A DNA stretch of 64,000 nucleotides, taken from positions 43,896,001-43,960,000 of the forward strand of contig NC_083228.1 in NCBI RefSeq assembly GCF_032191835.1, written 5' to 3'. Source of the stretch: Heteronotia binoei (lineage: Eukaryota). The notes beneath the pieces are model-generated. The model saw only the letters and a list, made by a program, of their open reading frames with translations. It was not told where the DNA came from and ran no database searches. The translations under genes were made by a program, and so were the position numbers. Below, one piece after another: positions 48,524 to 61,657 of the stretch. Numbering within the stretch: position 1 is the first letter of the stretch; each line of letters starts with the position of its first letter.

Positions 48524-49399
48524 GTAAGGACCATAGAAGTGTAGCTTTAATGTATTCACTAACATTATTAAATGTTAACATTCACTAACTTTATTAAGTG
48601 TTAAATATTAATTAAACATAAAAATAATTTTGAAAAAGGAGGTCAGATAAGCAGTTTGATGCAACATACTAGCATTACCTGTGCAGATTTAAAGGGTTCG
48701 ATCAGATGACATCTGCCTTCTGTGGCCCAGTTGTTGACACCATGTCTTGCTGCACTTTGGAAGCAGAGTAATTAGGCATTGGAGAAAGTCCAGTATTTAC
48801 AGATGGCAGCGCTTCTGCTCCGCGTTTTCAGGTATCTGAACTCCCCTGTCATGAACTGAAGCTGTATAGAAGGTCTAAACCTGCAGATCTGTTGCCACCG
48901 CTTTTAAAAAAGTTACTGCCAATATGTGCCTGAGCACTTGAGCACATATATGCATGCACCCAACTGTTTTTTAAATAAACAGTGTGCTTCATTGTTGAGG
49001 AGCTGCAGTAATGTGGACATCTCCCCAGCTAGATGAGCATGTGAGGAAACTGTTGCAGGATGTGCTGTCTTGATGGATCTTCCCACAGCACTTTAACCCA
49101 GAGCTCTTAGAGGGCTGCCTGGAGCACACCAAGCCTCCTGTCTGACCACAGCCTCAAAATACACTCTTGTTTTTCAGATTCCTTTTAAGGAATTCTAAAT
49201 TCCTTCTCCAGCTTATTCATTCAGCTAGAAATCACATTCTTGCTTTGCCAGGCTGTCTCAATCACACAGCAGAGCTACTAAGTGTCTCTTCCTTCTATTG
49301 GCTGAGGCCCCTTCCCCTCCTGGTCCCCTGGGGAATGAAGGAAAGAGCAAGTGGTTCCTTTGCCCAATTCCCTGGATCCAATGGGAGAAATACAAAAGA

Positions 49400-49620
49400 A
49401 GCACATTTAAGACCAATGCTAATGTTTGAAGCATGTTTTAAGTTTGTTTTTTAAAAAAATCTTTAATAGTGTTTGTCTGTCTGTGTCCTTTATAAAGTTT
49501 GAATCTCTGCTACCTAATCTTAAATAGGAACACACATGGCGTCGCCCAACATGGCCTGGCCCAACAAGGTCTCATTTATGTCAGATCCAGCCATCATAAC
49601 AAATGAGTTTGACACCCCTG
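49400..49620 (-). mobile_element. Partial hAT MITE with a CAGGGGTGTCAAAC terminus
   Basis: Ends aacaaatgagtttgacacccctg at 49620; the other end was not identified. Confidence 0.5.
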
Positions 49621-51562
49621 CTCTAGGGTGAAGAGGAGGTCTTACACTTCTAAACTACATGTCCAGGCTTGTCTCTGGCTGGCATCCATTTCATGTCATT
49701 TTGTATTGCATTAATGATATTTGAGATGATATATATTAGGAAGAGTGTTTATAGTTTTCTAGCTATAAACTGCCCCTCAGCAAGAGAAGGAGTCAGACCG
49801 CTAACAGTGTACCTCTAATTACATTGCCATGGTTAAAAGAAAAACAGAGTGGATGAAACCTCTTAAAGGACAAAAGCATATATTAGAGGAAACCATGGTA
49901 TCAGATTATCTCCTGCCCTTTCCACATTCTAAGGACTTTAAACTGTGAACACTACGTATTGTTGTGTGGGAAGAGGCACTGTGATTTTATCCAGAACAAT
50001 AGTGTAAATTTGTTTATTAAGCATATATGTGGTTACAAATGCACCCAATATTTTACAGTTCTTACAGATTAAAAGTTCACTTACTGATCAGCAGTGAAAA
50101 GCATTGCCCCTTAGAGGTGTCACAAAAACTGAAGAATTATTTAAACAAAACACAAAAAGGTCATTTGTCAAAAATTATTATAATCTGCTTGATGCTGATT
50201 TGTTGGACTGTCCATGGAACAAGTTGCTGTGAATTATGTAGCTGTATGTCTTATTTTTATATTGTAAGAAATTTATTTCTCTTTTCTCTTGTATGTCATT
50301 CATTATATAAAACTTTACCTTCTCCATTAAGATGGTTTTGTAAAGTATTGATAATTAGCAATAAAAACTGCTTTTCTAAAAGAGCCACAGCAAAAATATT
50401 GAAAAGACTCTCATGTACTTACAACCAAAGCCTTAAGTATCACCTTGATAGATAAACTTACAGAAGAACTCCACTCTGGTAAGGGAAGCCTTTCCCCACC
50501 CCAGTTAATTTTAAACAAAAATTAACTTTATTTCTTGATACGATGTGCATATGGGCACAGCGGTAAAGAGGGTTTATGCTTAAGTTATAACAGGGTCTTT
50601 GGAACCTTCAGAGGAAGAATGAAGAAGGAGTAGGAAGAGAAAAATATGACAATGAATACAACAGTACAACAATTAGTCTCTAACATTTAATGGCTTCCTG
50701 CCTGTACTGTTTATAATATTTCTCTGCACTCATGAGGTAAATTGTTCTGTACAAGATTGTACTCTCCCTTAAAGATACATTTAGGAGCTTAGTCTTTGAT
50801 CCCGGTTTACTGACAGACACCCAAGTTGCATCAATGACACAGAGTGCCTTAGGGGAAGAGGCCAGAGCTGTGGTCTCTTCTAAAAACATGATTTTGCCAT
50901 GGTTAGAGTACTGTGATGCTTTGAGCTGCCCTATGGAAAGTGTTCAGAACCCACAGTGAGCTCAGAACACAATGATTAGACTGATACATACTATGTGATG
51001 TTTCACTGGTATCGGAACACAGCATCTGTTTACTTCTGGGCACAATAAGTGCTTGTTTACATACATACGGTTGGATTCAAACTTATGTCTACTTAGCAAG
51101 GGTATGGATTTGATTTTTCCTTGGCTTTGTCCTCCTTCAGCAGCCCCCTAAGGCCCCTCAAACACCACTGGCTGAAGGTCAAGGCACCCTTCAGAACAGG
51201 ATGCCATGCACCACAGGGAGCTGCCATGAGGGGAGAATTCTGTGGCAATCATCCTTCCTCCTTTCACAAGCAGTCATGTGCTGAATGAGGTTACATGTGT
51301 GATAGGCCAATTCCTGAATAGTCAAAGTCCATGCTGCAAACACACACCCCCATGTCACATGGAAGATTCTGTGGTCCTCATCAGTGATATTTTGGGAGTC
51401 CAGGAGACTCCTTGGGAAAGGTGGAGCTGATGAATACATGAGCACTTGAAGCTGCCTTATATTGAGTCAGACCATTCGTCTATCAAAATCAGCATTCTCT
51501 CCAAGGTCTCAGGTACAGGTCTTTCATACTACCTGGTCGTTGTAACTGGAGATGCCAGGGAT

Positions 51563-52210
51563 TTTTGATGTATTTATTTCTAGTCTGTCTTTCTCACTGA
51601 GACTCAAGACTTACAGAAATCTGAAACAATGCAGTAGGAACAGTATAAGACATACCCTAAACAATTCAATAAGATTGGATTACAAAATTAGAAAACAATG
51701 CAAGGCAAAACAGTGTAAGACATGATATATAAACAATGCGAGAACAGGATTATTGAAGCTAGAAAACAATGCACAAAGAACAAGATAACTCATGCAATAA
51801 ACAGGGCTGTAAACTACAGCCCTAGTCCCATTAGGAAAGCACTATCATGAACAATTCCATTTTATTACATCTATTTATAAAAATGCTCTCAAACAATTCC
51901 ATTTTACACATTGTGAGAACAATAGCACTAGGCTATAGGCTGCTGCCCATCTTACCCATTTTTTGGGGGGAGCAACTTCAGCAGACTTTGCTCAGGTGCA
52001 CATTAGTGTCACTGTGGGTCATATCATGAGAGACATCCTTTGGATATGTGGGTCATATGCCATGAAGGGCTATCAGTAGCCAACTGCAGCAGGTATAACA
52101 TGCACACTCCACCTGGTTCCTGATAATGATTGAGCTGTGGCAGTTGGTACCAATCAGAGTTTCTGGGTTGTCTTCCAGGGTGGACACTCACATTACAAGA
52201 GTCTATCCTC
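51563..52210 (-). mobile_element. Old L2 3' fragment inserted in a tRNA SINE (SINE halves at 51440-51562 and 52215-52285)
   Basis: Reverse strand gives LPWKTTQKL*LV...LSGTRW and ALHGI*PTYPKD, L2-like; SINE tail and head lie on either side. Confidence 0.6.
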
Positions 52211-53254
52211 AAGGTTATTTAGGGGACTGAACCTGGAACTCTCTGCATGCAAAGAGATGCTCTACCACTGAGTCATAGCCCCTCAATCTGTGAAAAATGC
52301 ACCATGCTGAGAATAAAATGATGAAAAAATTGCTTCTATAAACCTGCTATGTTGATAGAGTTTTGGTTACTCATTTTCCAATTCTGTTGAGTATTCACAT
52401 ATTAGAAGTTATGTAGGAAGTTCAGCCCCTTGGGGCCCCAAAGACCCTTTAGTAATTTCTGCCATCACCTAGAGATTTTAAGTATATTAACAAGCTGCTC
52501 TGGGCCAGTCAATAATTCTCCTTTTGTGTGCAGCCTGTCCAGAGTGTGAGATAGGGAAAATAATTTAATCCCCCCCCCCCCCCCAGTCATTAGTACTCTT
52601 GAGCAGCAGATTTGTGGGGGAATCATGATGCAGAGCCTCTCAGAATCAAAGGGGAGATATTTTATTTGATGCACATATAAATAAGTGAATGAAAAAAATC
52701 GCAAAAGTGACGAATACAGAAAACACAGTTTAAAAATAAATAAAAGCATTTCTTGATACCTAAAACACAAGATGTGTGCCCTTGCTGCCCGAAGACAGGA
52801 CACCTTTTCCTACAATAGGACAATTGTGACAAAAGAGTGACAAATATTTGTTCCATACTAGCCCATATTTCATGGGATCTCTCAGAAGCAGGGAGTTTCT
52901 CTTGGAGCGATCAGAAAGTGGGGGCTATTCAAACTTCTTGCTATAGGAGGATGTGACCAATAAACTATTTCTCCAGGTTTTGTTTACATAAAGGACCTAT
53001 AGTGTAGAGTGCAAAAGAAGAATGAAGGAGTCTCAGAACAGAGGTTGTGCTCCCACTTGATTGACATTTGCCAGATCATTTTTGACATTTTGATGGCAAG
53101 GTGTGACGTCACATCTGTATCCTGATTCCCCTTCCCAACTAAATATGTTTACCTGATTGGCTTGTGTCGGTATATTTTTGGCTCGACAGAAAACTTAAAA
53201 CAAGACTGTCCCCATCTTCAGCAATTAAGTGGATGACTTTTCCTGTTATCACAT

Positions 53255-53469
53255 CCCTGACCTGAATAGCCCAGGCTAGCCTGATCTTGTCATATCTCAG
53301 AAGCTAAGCAGGATTGGCCCTGGCTAGTATTTGGATAGACCTCCCAGGAATTCCAGAGTTCCTATGCAGAACCTGGCAATCGCAAATCACCTCTGAAAGT
53401 CTCTCACCTAGAAAACTCCATGGGGTCACCATAAATCAGATGAGACCTGAAAGCACTTTCCACCACCAC
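53255..53469 (+). mobile_element. 5S rRNA-derived SINE with a BovB/Sauria-type tail
   Basis: cctgatcttgtcatatctcagaagctaagcagg...ggctagtatttggatag (5S-like), then ggcaatcgcaaatcacctctg...ggggtcaccataaatcag. Confidence 0.78.
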
Positions 53470-53581
53470 TATGGAAGGCCTTCTTCAAATATAATACTCT
53501 GCCACCTCCTTTGATTTCTTTTAGATGCTGAGGGAGATTGTTTTGTTCTCCCAAACTTTTTAGGAATATAATTTCCTTGTG

Positions 53582-53848
53582 TTTTGGTGTAGTGGTTAAA
53601 TGCATGAACTCTTCCCTGGAAAAACCAAGTTTGATTCCCCACTCTTCCACATGCAACTGCTGGAGTGACCTTGGGTCAGTCATAACTCTCTCAGAGCTGT
53701 TCTGCTCAATAGCAGTTTCTGTCAGAGCTCTCTCAGCCCCACCTACTTCATAGGGTGTCTGTCATGGGGGAGGGAAAGGAGATTGTAAGCCGCTGTGAGA
53801 CTCCAAGTGAAGGGTGGGGCATAAATCCAATCTCCTCCTCCTCCTTCT
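53582..53848 (+). mobile_element. Squam3-like SINE
   Basis: ttttggtgtagtggttaa head to ataaatccaatctcctcctcc tail. Confidence 0.82.
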
Positions 53849-55137
53849 GGTAGTTACTGCTAGAACTGCAGTTACTGCTAGAATATTGGTGCTGTTAATT
53901 TATTATTGTAAAATTGCTTCGTCAGTTGTTTTAGTCTAATGGTATTGTTCTTGATATCTGTTTCTAAGCCACTTCAGAGTCCACATGTAGAAAATTGTGA
54001 TATATATTTCATAAGTGATATTTGCCAATTGAGGATAATGCTTCATGCATCTTATAAAGTTGGCTTTAGTCCACAAAAGTTATGTCATAATCAATCTGTT
54101 AGCTTTTAAAGTGCCACAAGATTTCTTGTTTACATTACAACAGGCATCATGGCTATCCTTTGGGACTCTGTCCTAATTTTGGTATCGTATTCCTCATGTG
54201 GTGGTAACAGTACGCCAGCAGTTCAACCATTCAGCTGTGATGTAATTTTGCAACTCCACTATATTGCCAGAAGATCTAATGTGGTAACTGTTTTGAAGGC
54301 TGCAATCTGAAATTTTGGAACTCTCTCCATAGGGAGATAAGTCTGTCTGCCTCTGTTTGGTCTTTGACTAGCGGGTGAGCACTTTTCTGTTTCCTTGTTT
54401 TTTTGGCATTCCCCCACTATTACTGGCCCTTCTCCTTGGTTGCAATATGCATATTTGTCTGTTTATGTGGTTCATTGACTTGTCCAAATATTTTATATTC
54501 TAATAGCAAAGTCAGGATATCTTTGAATGCTTAATTCCAGTGACTACAGCTGTCAACAGGCAAGTCAGATATTTCTATAAACCTGAAAAGGCCCAGGTTT
54601 GTAGAAAAGTGTGAAATCTAAAAAAACAGACAACAAAAACACCACTGGCCAGTTTTTTAAAAATCTGAAAATGATAAAAGGAGCAACTGTAGCTTTAAGC
54701 AACAGATTCCCTCAGTGACTGTTGCTAGGCTACCACAAGATTCCAGGTTGGGTTCTGTCAGCAAAAGGGGTAGGACCCCTTCCAGCCTATGGCCTTTGAG
54801 GGAGGACTCATTGTGGCCATGCCTGGGCCTAGGATTACCAGCTCCAGGTTGGAAAGATGGCTGGAGATTTTGTGGCACAGTCTGAGGAGAGCAGGGTTTG
54901 GGGAGGGAAGAGTCCTCAGCTGAATATAATGCCATAGAATCTACCCTCCAAAGCAGTTGTTTCCTTTTATTGTCTGGCATTCAGTTGTAATTCTGAGATA
55001 TTTCCAGATCCCACCTGGAGGCCGACAGTCCTTGGCCTGGAAGGGACCTCTGGCTCTGGGTGACTTGGTATCACCCAACTTGCATGACTGAAATAAGCCT
55101 GGCTTCTTGCTACTGTTCAACAGCAGTGAGCTTATGA

Positions 55138-55355
55138 AAGCTAGTATGGTATAGTGGTTAGAGCTTCAGGGTAGGCTCTGGGAGATCCAGGTTTGAATCC
55201 CCATCTTGCTGTGGAAGCTCACTGGGTGATTTTTGACCAGTCACATACTTTCAGCCTAGCCTAACTCACAGAGTTGTTGTGTGGATAAAAAGGAGATAAT
55301 AATGTAAGCTGCTTTGGTCCCCAGTGTGGAGAAAGATGGGGTATAAATGAAGTAA
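55138..55355 (+). mobile_element. MIR-like SINE
   Basis: gctagtatggtatagtggttagagc...ccaggtttgaatcccc head, core, and ggggtataaatgaag tail. Confidence 0.72.
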
Positions 55356-55538
55356 ATTAAAAAGTAAATAAATATAGCTGAATATGGAAGGCAGATAAAA
55401 GCTAGGTTGGTGAATGGCTGAGGAAAGCATTAGGCAGGGAAAGTATATGGAGATTGCCAAGAGAAGGGAAAGAGGTTAGGAATTTGTGAATATGAACAGA
55501 TGAATATCAACATTAAATGTGGGCTTTTCCCCTTTCCT

Positions 55539-55765
55539 GAGAGCAGTTTGGTTAAGAACGTGGAATCTAATCTGGGAGAACCGGGTTTGATTTCCCACTC
55601 CTCCACATGCACCTGATAGTGTTACCTTGGGTCAGTCACATTTCTTGAAGAAACTGCTCTCAGCCCCACTTACCTCACAGGGTGTCTGTGGTAGGGAAGA
55701 TAAAGGAAAGGAGATTGTAAATCACTCTGAGTGAATGGTAGAGTATAAATCCAATGTCTTCTTCT
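55539..55765 (+). mobile_element. Squam3-like SINE
   Basis: ctgggagaaccgggtttgatttcccactcctccac...cagccccacttacctcacagggtg...tataaatccaatgtcttcttc. Confidence 0.8.
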
Positions 55766-56435
55766 GCAAGGTTCCCACTTGTTTATTTTAAATGGTGTTT
55801 TAATGACAAAATTTGTTGTTTGCTGCCTTGGGGTCATTTATTTGGGTGGGAAAGGGGCATAGCAATGTTTTAAATAAAATAAAAATATACAGTTACTTGG
55901 GAATAAGCATCGCTGGCTAAGTGGCATTTACTTCCAAGTAAACATGCATAGGGAGTAGGGTGTGCATAAACCTCTTTGCAGAAGCCAAGCATTACAAAAT
56001 GCTCATTTCCCTATCTGTCAGGTGATCAACTCCGCAGCTGTTGATAATCCCAGTCATTTGAAAGGAAGACAATGCATCTCAATTTGCACAATAAAAAGTG
56101 GGATTTAATTGTTGTGCTATTTCGGAAATAAGATATTGATTGTGTGCCTTTCATTTTTGAAGAGGTATTTACGTACAAATTCTAAAATAGCTAAATATAT
56201 GCAGTACAATACCTGGATATACAGCAGACTGAAAATTCCCTTTCTCTCAATTAGCTCTTTAAGGTCTTTTTTTTTCTTCTTCTACGCACAGCATGTAACT
56301 GAAAGGAACAGTTAAATAAGAGGAAGGAAACTGCTGTGAATTAATTAGCAGTGCTAATAGAAAACAATGCAAACTTAGTAAAAAGTGGGTTTATCTATTC
56401 TAATAAAAGGTTTGTTCAGAGCAGACAGTAAATTA

Positions 56436-56525
56436 ACAGTGCCATCCTAAACAGAGTTATACCCTTCTAAATCTATTTAAGTCAGTGGGCTCAGAAGGGT
56501 GTAATTCTGTTTAGAATGGCTTGAA
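56436..56525. mobile_element. Short palindromic MITE of about 90 bp (other copies near 3680, 17630, 59185, 60852)
   Basis: acagtgccatcctaaacagagttatacccttct...agaagggtgtaattctgtttagaatggc forms an imperfect hairpin and recurs in the window. Confidence 0.6.
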
Positions 56526-57319
56526 ATTCATGGTTGTGATCTGAGCCATTCTTTTGCAATGCTCAGCATTTAAACATGGTGACAGATGAACATCTTTTTA
56601 AAACTTTCTCTTAAAAGTCTGTCAGAATAAATACAGCACAAACCACAGTAGGGGTGTTTGCATAGAATAAGAATTCTTATGAGGTTCAGTCTGGAAATTC
56701 TATGCCAAATCTCTTAAGTGTAGAGGAAATGGGTTAATCATTAGTGACAGAGTGACACTCTGCACCTGCATAAAAGAAATCTGTGGCTCCGTACTTTCGC
56801 ATTGAAAAACAGGTTCTGGTGTTAAAATACAATTTATTTACTATTTATATGAATTATGTTATTTTTAGCTCACATGATCTCAAGAGACTTGGAGCAAATG
56901 TTAATATATTACACACCTCTCGACTTTGCAACGTAACGGTATATCTTTATGTCCTGAAAAATTAGACTTTCTGGCTTCTCTTTGCAATAGCTACCCTCTC
57001 ACTGTTTGAAGCTTTGGGTATATCTTTCTCTATCAGCTGAACATAACACTTCATGCATCTCAGGTCATGAGAGCTTTTGCCACACCAAGGCTTGAAGGAA
57101 CCCTAAAAACTGGGGTTTGTTTTGCTGCATCAGAGTAACCCTCTAGAAGTCAGACTAATTCTTCCTTCTGCTTCTGAAAGCGCAAAGGAAGAAAACCTGG
57201 AGGAAAGCAGCAGTTGGTGTCAGGTAACCATCCCTAGTCCATTTCCCCCTCCTCTATTCAACCTGCCACCTCTCCCCCAAACAAGCAGCATCTCGATGAT
57301 CTCAGAAGGTTAAAGGTAA

Positions 57320-58460
57320 TCCCCGCGTTCGCACCACTCGGGCGCCACCTAGCCTGTCACCGGGGCACTGCCACTCGCGTTCACTTGAGGGCACCAGCGG
57401 AGTCAGTCAGGCCGTTTCAAACTGACCGCGACGGCCGGTTTGGGGAGCTGGAGGAGGGAAGGGCGGCGAGCAATTCGCCTTCGAGCGAGCGAGCTCCGCT
57501 CTGCGCCGAGGCTCCGACAGGGGCTGCCGGCTCGAAGCGAGCCCGCCCGCAGGCAATGCTCGGCGGCGGCGGCGGCTGTGATTTGCGTGCCTGGAGATGG
57601 TGGAGCTGAGGAGGGGCTTGCGCCTCCCGAGGCGGGCGGCAGGAGCCGAGGGGGGTGGGACCCCGCGGGAGGAGCGCCTGCGAGAGTCCCCGAGCCGCCG
57701 CCAGAGTGCCGCCTCAGCACTTTCCTCGGGAGCCGAGCGGGTGCGCGCCGCGCAGACAAAAGCCAGCAAGTAGCGAGCGAGAGACGCGAGGAGGGGCTGG
57801 CCGGGAAAGAGGAGCCGCTCAGCCACGTTCCCCGCACACACGCGCGCCCGCCCTGCACTCATCCATCTTGAAGGGGCTCGCCTGCTGCTGCTGTCGCCGC
57901 TGCTGCCGCGCCCCTCTCCGGGACTTGCGCCTGGTTTCGCTCGTAGGGCATGCCCTCGCGCCTCCTTCGCCAATGTTTCACTGGAGCAAGTGGAAGAAAA
58001 GGATGGGAGGCAGCATGTCGTCCTCGTCTTCCAAGAGACCCGTCTTCGACGAGAAGGAGGATGGTGAGTAACCAGGCGCGCGAGCCCCGGCTCGGATAAA
58101 GCGGCACTTCCAAAAAGTCCTGCTCCAGGGAGCCGCTTGCCTGCCCGGTCACTGCCCGGTCGCAGGGAGGGAGATAGAAAGCCGCCGCCCCGGTGGGAGC
58201 CGTTAAGAAAGTCGCGGAAGGGAAATAAGCTGGAAACTCCGAAGTGCTTCGGGGATGGCATTGAAGACAGTGTTACCTTTGCGATGCATTCAAACAGACT
58301 GCCGGGAAATGATGTTGGGCGCACGGCTGGGAAGCGGGCGAACTCGAAGGACGCCAAGCGAGGAAGTTAGGCTGGAAGTTCTCCACGGCTTTAGAGGTCC
58401 GTTCTCTCGCCCTGGGCTCTGTTAAGGAAGCACCGGTCATACTTTTCTCGCCCGATGTGC
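57320..58460. promoter_or_regulatory. STK32C: CpG island, STK32C promoter and first exon
   Basis: Very high GC and CpG density surrounding the STK32C first coding exon. Confidence 0.9.
57973..58063 (+). CDS. STK32C: STK32C (YANK3) first coding exon; kinase exons lie beyond the window
   Basis: MFHWSKWKKRMGGSMSSSSSKRPVFDEKED, then donor G|gtgagt (phase 1); matches recalled human STK32C LFQWSKWKKRMGSSMSAATARRPVFDDKED|V. The head-to-head arrangement with LRRC27 agrees with recalled human synteny. Confidence 0.93.
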
Positions 58461-60972
58461 TTTCTTAAAACACCAATCCGTAATCCCCCCCCCCCCCCCA
58501 AACAATTCTGTTTTTCTCGCCCTGTAGTTTTGGAGCTGTAAAAATGACAGTGGTGATCCTTCCCTTTAGAACAGGAGATCTTGGATCATCTCCTCCAAGA
58601 GTGTTAAAGTTTCTTTTAATTCCGCTGCAAGTGGATAAAGCCATGGGGGGGGGGGACTAATGGGATTAGGTGTCGGCGCATGTAAATGGCACTGGATTAT
58701 AGGATGGGTTTCGCTACGGAGCTGTGAAGATTTGATAATAGGGATTAGTCGATAGACCAGATGCTTCTTTTTCTCCCGCGAAGAATGGGGAAAGCCGGCG
58801 TCTGCGGCAGCCCGAGTTTGGTTCACTGGTTCAGGAAATAGATTCTATCCTATCATGAGCTTCTTGCTTGCGCATGGGTGGTAAACTGGGTGGAATAACG
58901 GGAGAGGAGGCAACCAGGGGAATCCTATGCAGAGCTGAAATCGGGTGGGTAACTCTGCAGGGGATTGCGTTGCAAGGTTTGCAGATCCTTGGGAGGAAGC
59001 TCCACTGACCCCTGTGAGGCTTACTCCCGAGTCCCGAGTAAAACTGCTAAGGATCAACTTGTGCATGTTGCAACTCATATCAGAGCTTCCTGCACTTATG
59101 TCCCATGAGAAATTAATGTTTCAGATCAGGGAGTACCTGAATAACCATCCTCTATGACTGTTTTTTGCATATATTACTAATTTTGCAGTGCCATCCTAAG
59201 CAGAGTTACACCCTTCTCAACTCATTGACTTCAATGTATTTAGAAGAGTGCCACTCTATTTAGGATTGCATTATAGTGTTTCTCTGTTTACATTGGTATA
59301 CAGTGGTACACAGTAGGGATAAGAAAAGCTGCTACGAATCACTGGAACCCTACAGCAGCAGGCGACTCCCTGAAGGTTTTCACTACAAATGGAAATATTC
59401 AAAGGCAAATGCGCCCTTGCAAAAACTACTCCTTTCTGAAGGCATTGAACAGGCATTAGAACACTGGTCATCAGTCCATATTGGTGCCATCCTGAGGGTA
59501 CTTTCCTGGGAGTAAGCCCCACTGAATAAACCTGAGTAGGATTCTGAGTAGACCTCTCTTTAGTATTTCCCCACATAACATTTTGAATTTATGGTATCTT
59601 TAGTTTTGATCATGCAGGTATTAGAAAACCGTTTCCCCACATTTGTTAAGAGAACTATCTATACAGAACCATCCACTGGTTTATCTGAGTACAGAAATGG
59701 ATCAGGTTTCCCGTTGTATGTCGTGTGAATCATAAAATGGGTTAGGGAACAAAAGATGTATTGTGTTCATCTTTGCTGAGCAGTACCATTTAAGATGGTA
59801 CCTGCTGAAGAACAAGGATGAAAGGGTTGGGAGTCCCTACAACCAAAGGTAACACTGTCTTCAAATAAATTTTGAGAAATCACAAGAAGGTAAAAGTTCA
59901 TGCAGATTCATAATTAAGGAATTTAATAGTGTTGTCTGCCCTCGTTCCTGTTGTGGTTTTCTCCAATGCCGTTCTCAATCATGTGTATGCTTCCTGTGAA
60001 TATAAAATACCCAGAGTGAGAAGGGCCAACATGACACATGGGGGGGATGTTCTCAAAGTCATGATGTACTAGTCTGTTTCATTGAGTCACTTTGAGAATT
60101 AAGGTGCAAACAAGTTTGAATAGCTGGGAGAATGTGCATAACATTTAATTAGTTCATTTGAACAGCATGCCATTCTTTTGGAATTAGTTGTCACCCCTTG
60201 GTTCTTCACTTATAATTTCTAATTTCAGTTGGAATTACAACTTTATTGTAAAAACACACTGGAATGGGAGAAGGGATTGTCTCCTCTTTCTGATTGGAGC
60301 ACAGCCACATACTGTGGCAAGTAATTGGTGTTTTGAGAATATACATTTATATTAGCATGGGCTGTTCCCAAACAGAACTTTGATCCAGATAGAATCTTGC
60401 TGTGCATGCGTGAACTAACATCTGTACGTGTCCGAAGCTGACACATTGAATAACTGTCTTCAAGACTAATGGCTGGACACCTAGTTTCACCAGAATTCTC
60501 TGCTTGTAATGTGGTATCCCTTTCAAGAAATATTCTCTCTGTCTTCTGCAAACTTTTCTGAGAGTGTTCTGTTGATGAATTGGGACTGATCTGCAGTGAA
60601 AAAACTCCTACACAGCTCTACTCACATGAGTGGTGCGAATACAGGAGTTGGGAATTCACACAGAATTGTGAATGCAGAAATCTTTTTTTTTTTTTTTACT
60701 TTCAGATAAATGGAACTTAAATTTTGCATGTGTTTCATTAATTTGGTTAAAGTGTTTATCCTAACTAACTCAAAGTGGTTTACACACAAAATCAGGGTGT
60801 CAATTAAATATAATAAGAGCACAAAAAAAAAGAATAGAATACAAGACTTAACGTGCCATCCTAAGCAAAGTTACTGTCTTGGGTTTAGGAGCATGTAACT
60901 GCTTAGTATGGTACTGTCCACATTGCACAAAAACAGATAACTAACAAACCTATAGCTGCTAAATGTTTGTTG

Positions 60973-61101
60973 ATAATAAAGGTCTCACAGTCTTTTCAGT
61001 ATCTTGCTAGAGAGGGAGAAAATAAAGGTCTCACAGTCTTTTCAGTATCTTGCTAGAGAGGGAGATAATAAAGGTCTCACAGTCTTTTCAGTATCTTGCT
61101 A
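60973..61101. repeat. Tandem repeat, about 2.8 x 46 bp
   Basis: aataaaggtctcacagtcttttcagtatcttgcta starts at 60975, 61021 and 61067; units nearly identical. Confidence 0.95.
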
Positions 61102-61657
61102 CCCTATGCAAGGAGGAGGCTCCATAGTTCATGAACTACATCCATACAAGTCCTGCTTGTAGATGTTTTTGTCCTGATTTGACACAAGGCAGGCAATGCT
61201 GGCTGGCAGTGTCGCATGGCAAGAGGACGCATCTAGGCTCCTCTCTCGCACACATCACGCCAAAGCTCATGAATATTTTTAGCACCATGTGGCCCTGCAC
61301 ATTGCTGGGATTGATTCTTAACGATCTTCAGGATTGCTCCCTGCATATTTGTTAACGCTGGAAATGATACACAATTAAGAGTAAAATCCAGTAGCCTTTT
61401 CTCTGTGTAGCCTCACCTAAATAAATGGGTCTCATGCAGCTGTGTGAATTTAATATAGAGTGCCACACATTTTTTTTTGCTTTGATCAATAGTTATAATC
61501 TGTGATTTCTGCCCCTCCATCAGCAGCCTGAATAGCCCTGATTGACTTGATGTTGGCACAGCTTGGCAGCTAAGCAGGGTCAGCCTGGGCCTGGCAAACT
61601 TACCTCTGCTAATTGTATTTATTTAGAACATTCATTAGCCGCTTTGTTGCCTTGTAG

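Noticed and set aside
50462-50605. Minus-strand segment with a strong polypyrimidine acceptor and gtaagt donor
   Set aside because: Stops in all three frames and no linked exon; cannot be distinguished from a chance splice-site pair.
57342-57355. CTCF-like motif (reverse strand AGGCTAGGTGGCGC) at the edge of the STK32C CpG island
   Set aside because: Lacks the conserved CC at the 5' side of the core; too weak without binding data.
57407-58357. 316-aa antisense ORF over the STK32C first exon
   Set aside because: Expected by-product of very high GC content; low-complexity composition and no recognisable domain.
59276-59515. 79-aa plus-strand ORF in STK32C intron 1
   Set aside because: Flanked and partly formed by palindromic MITEs, weak donor, no similarity to STK32 proteins.
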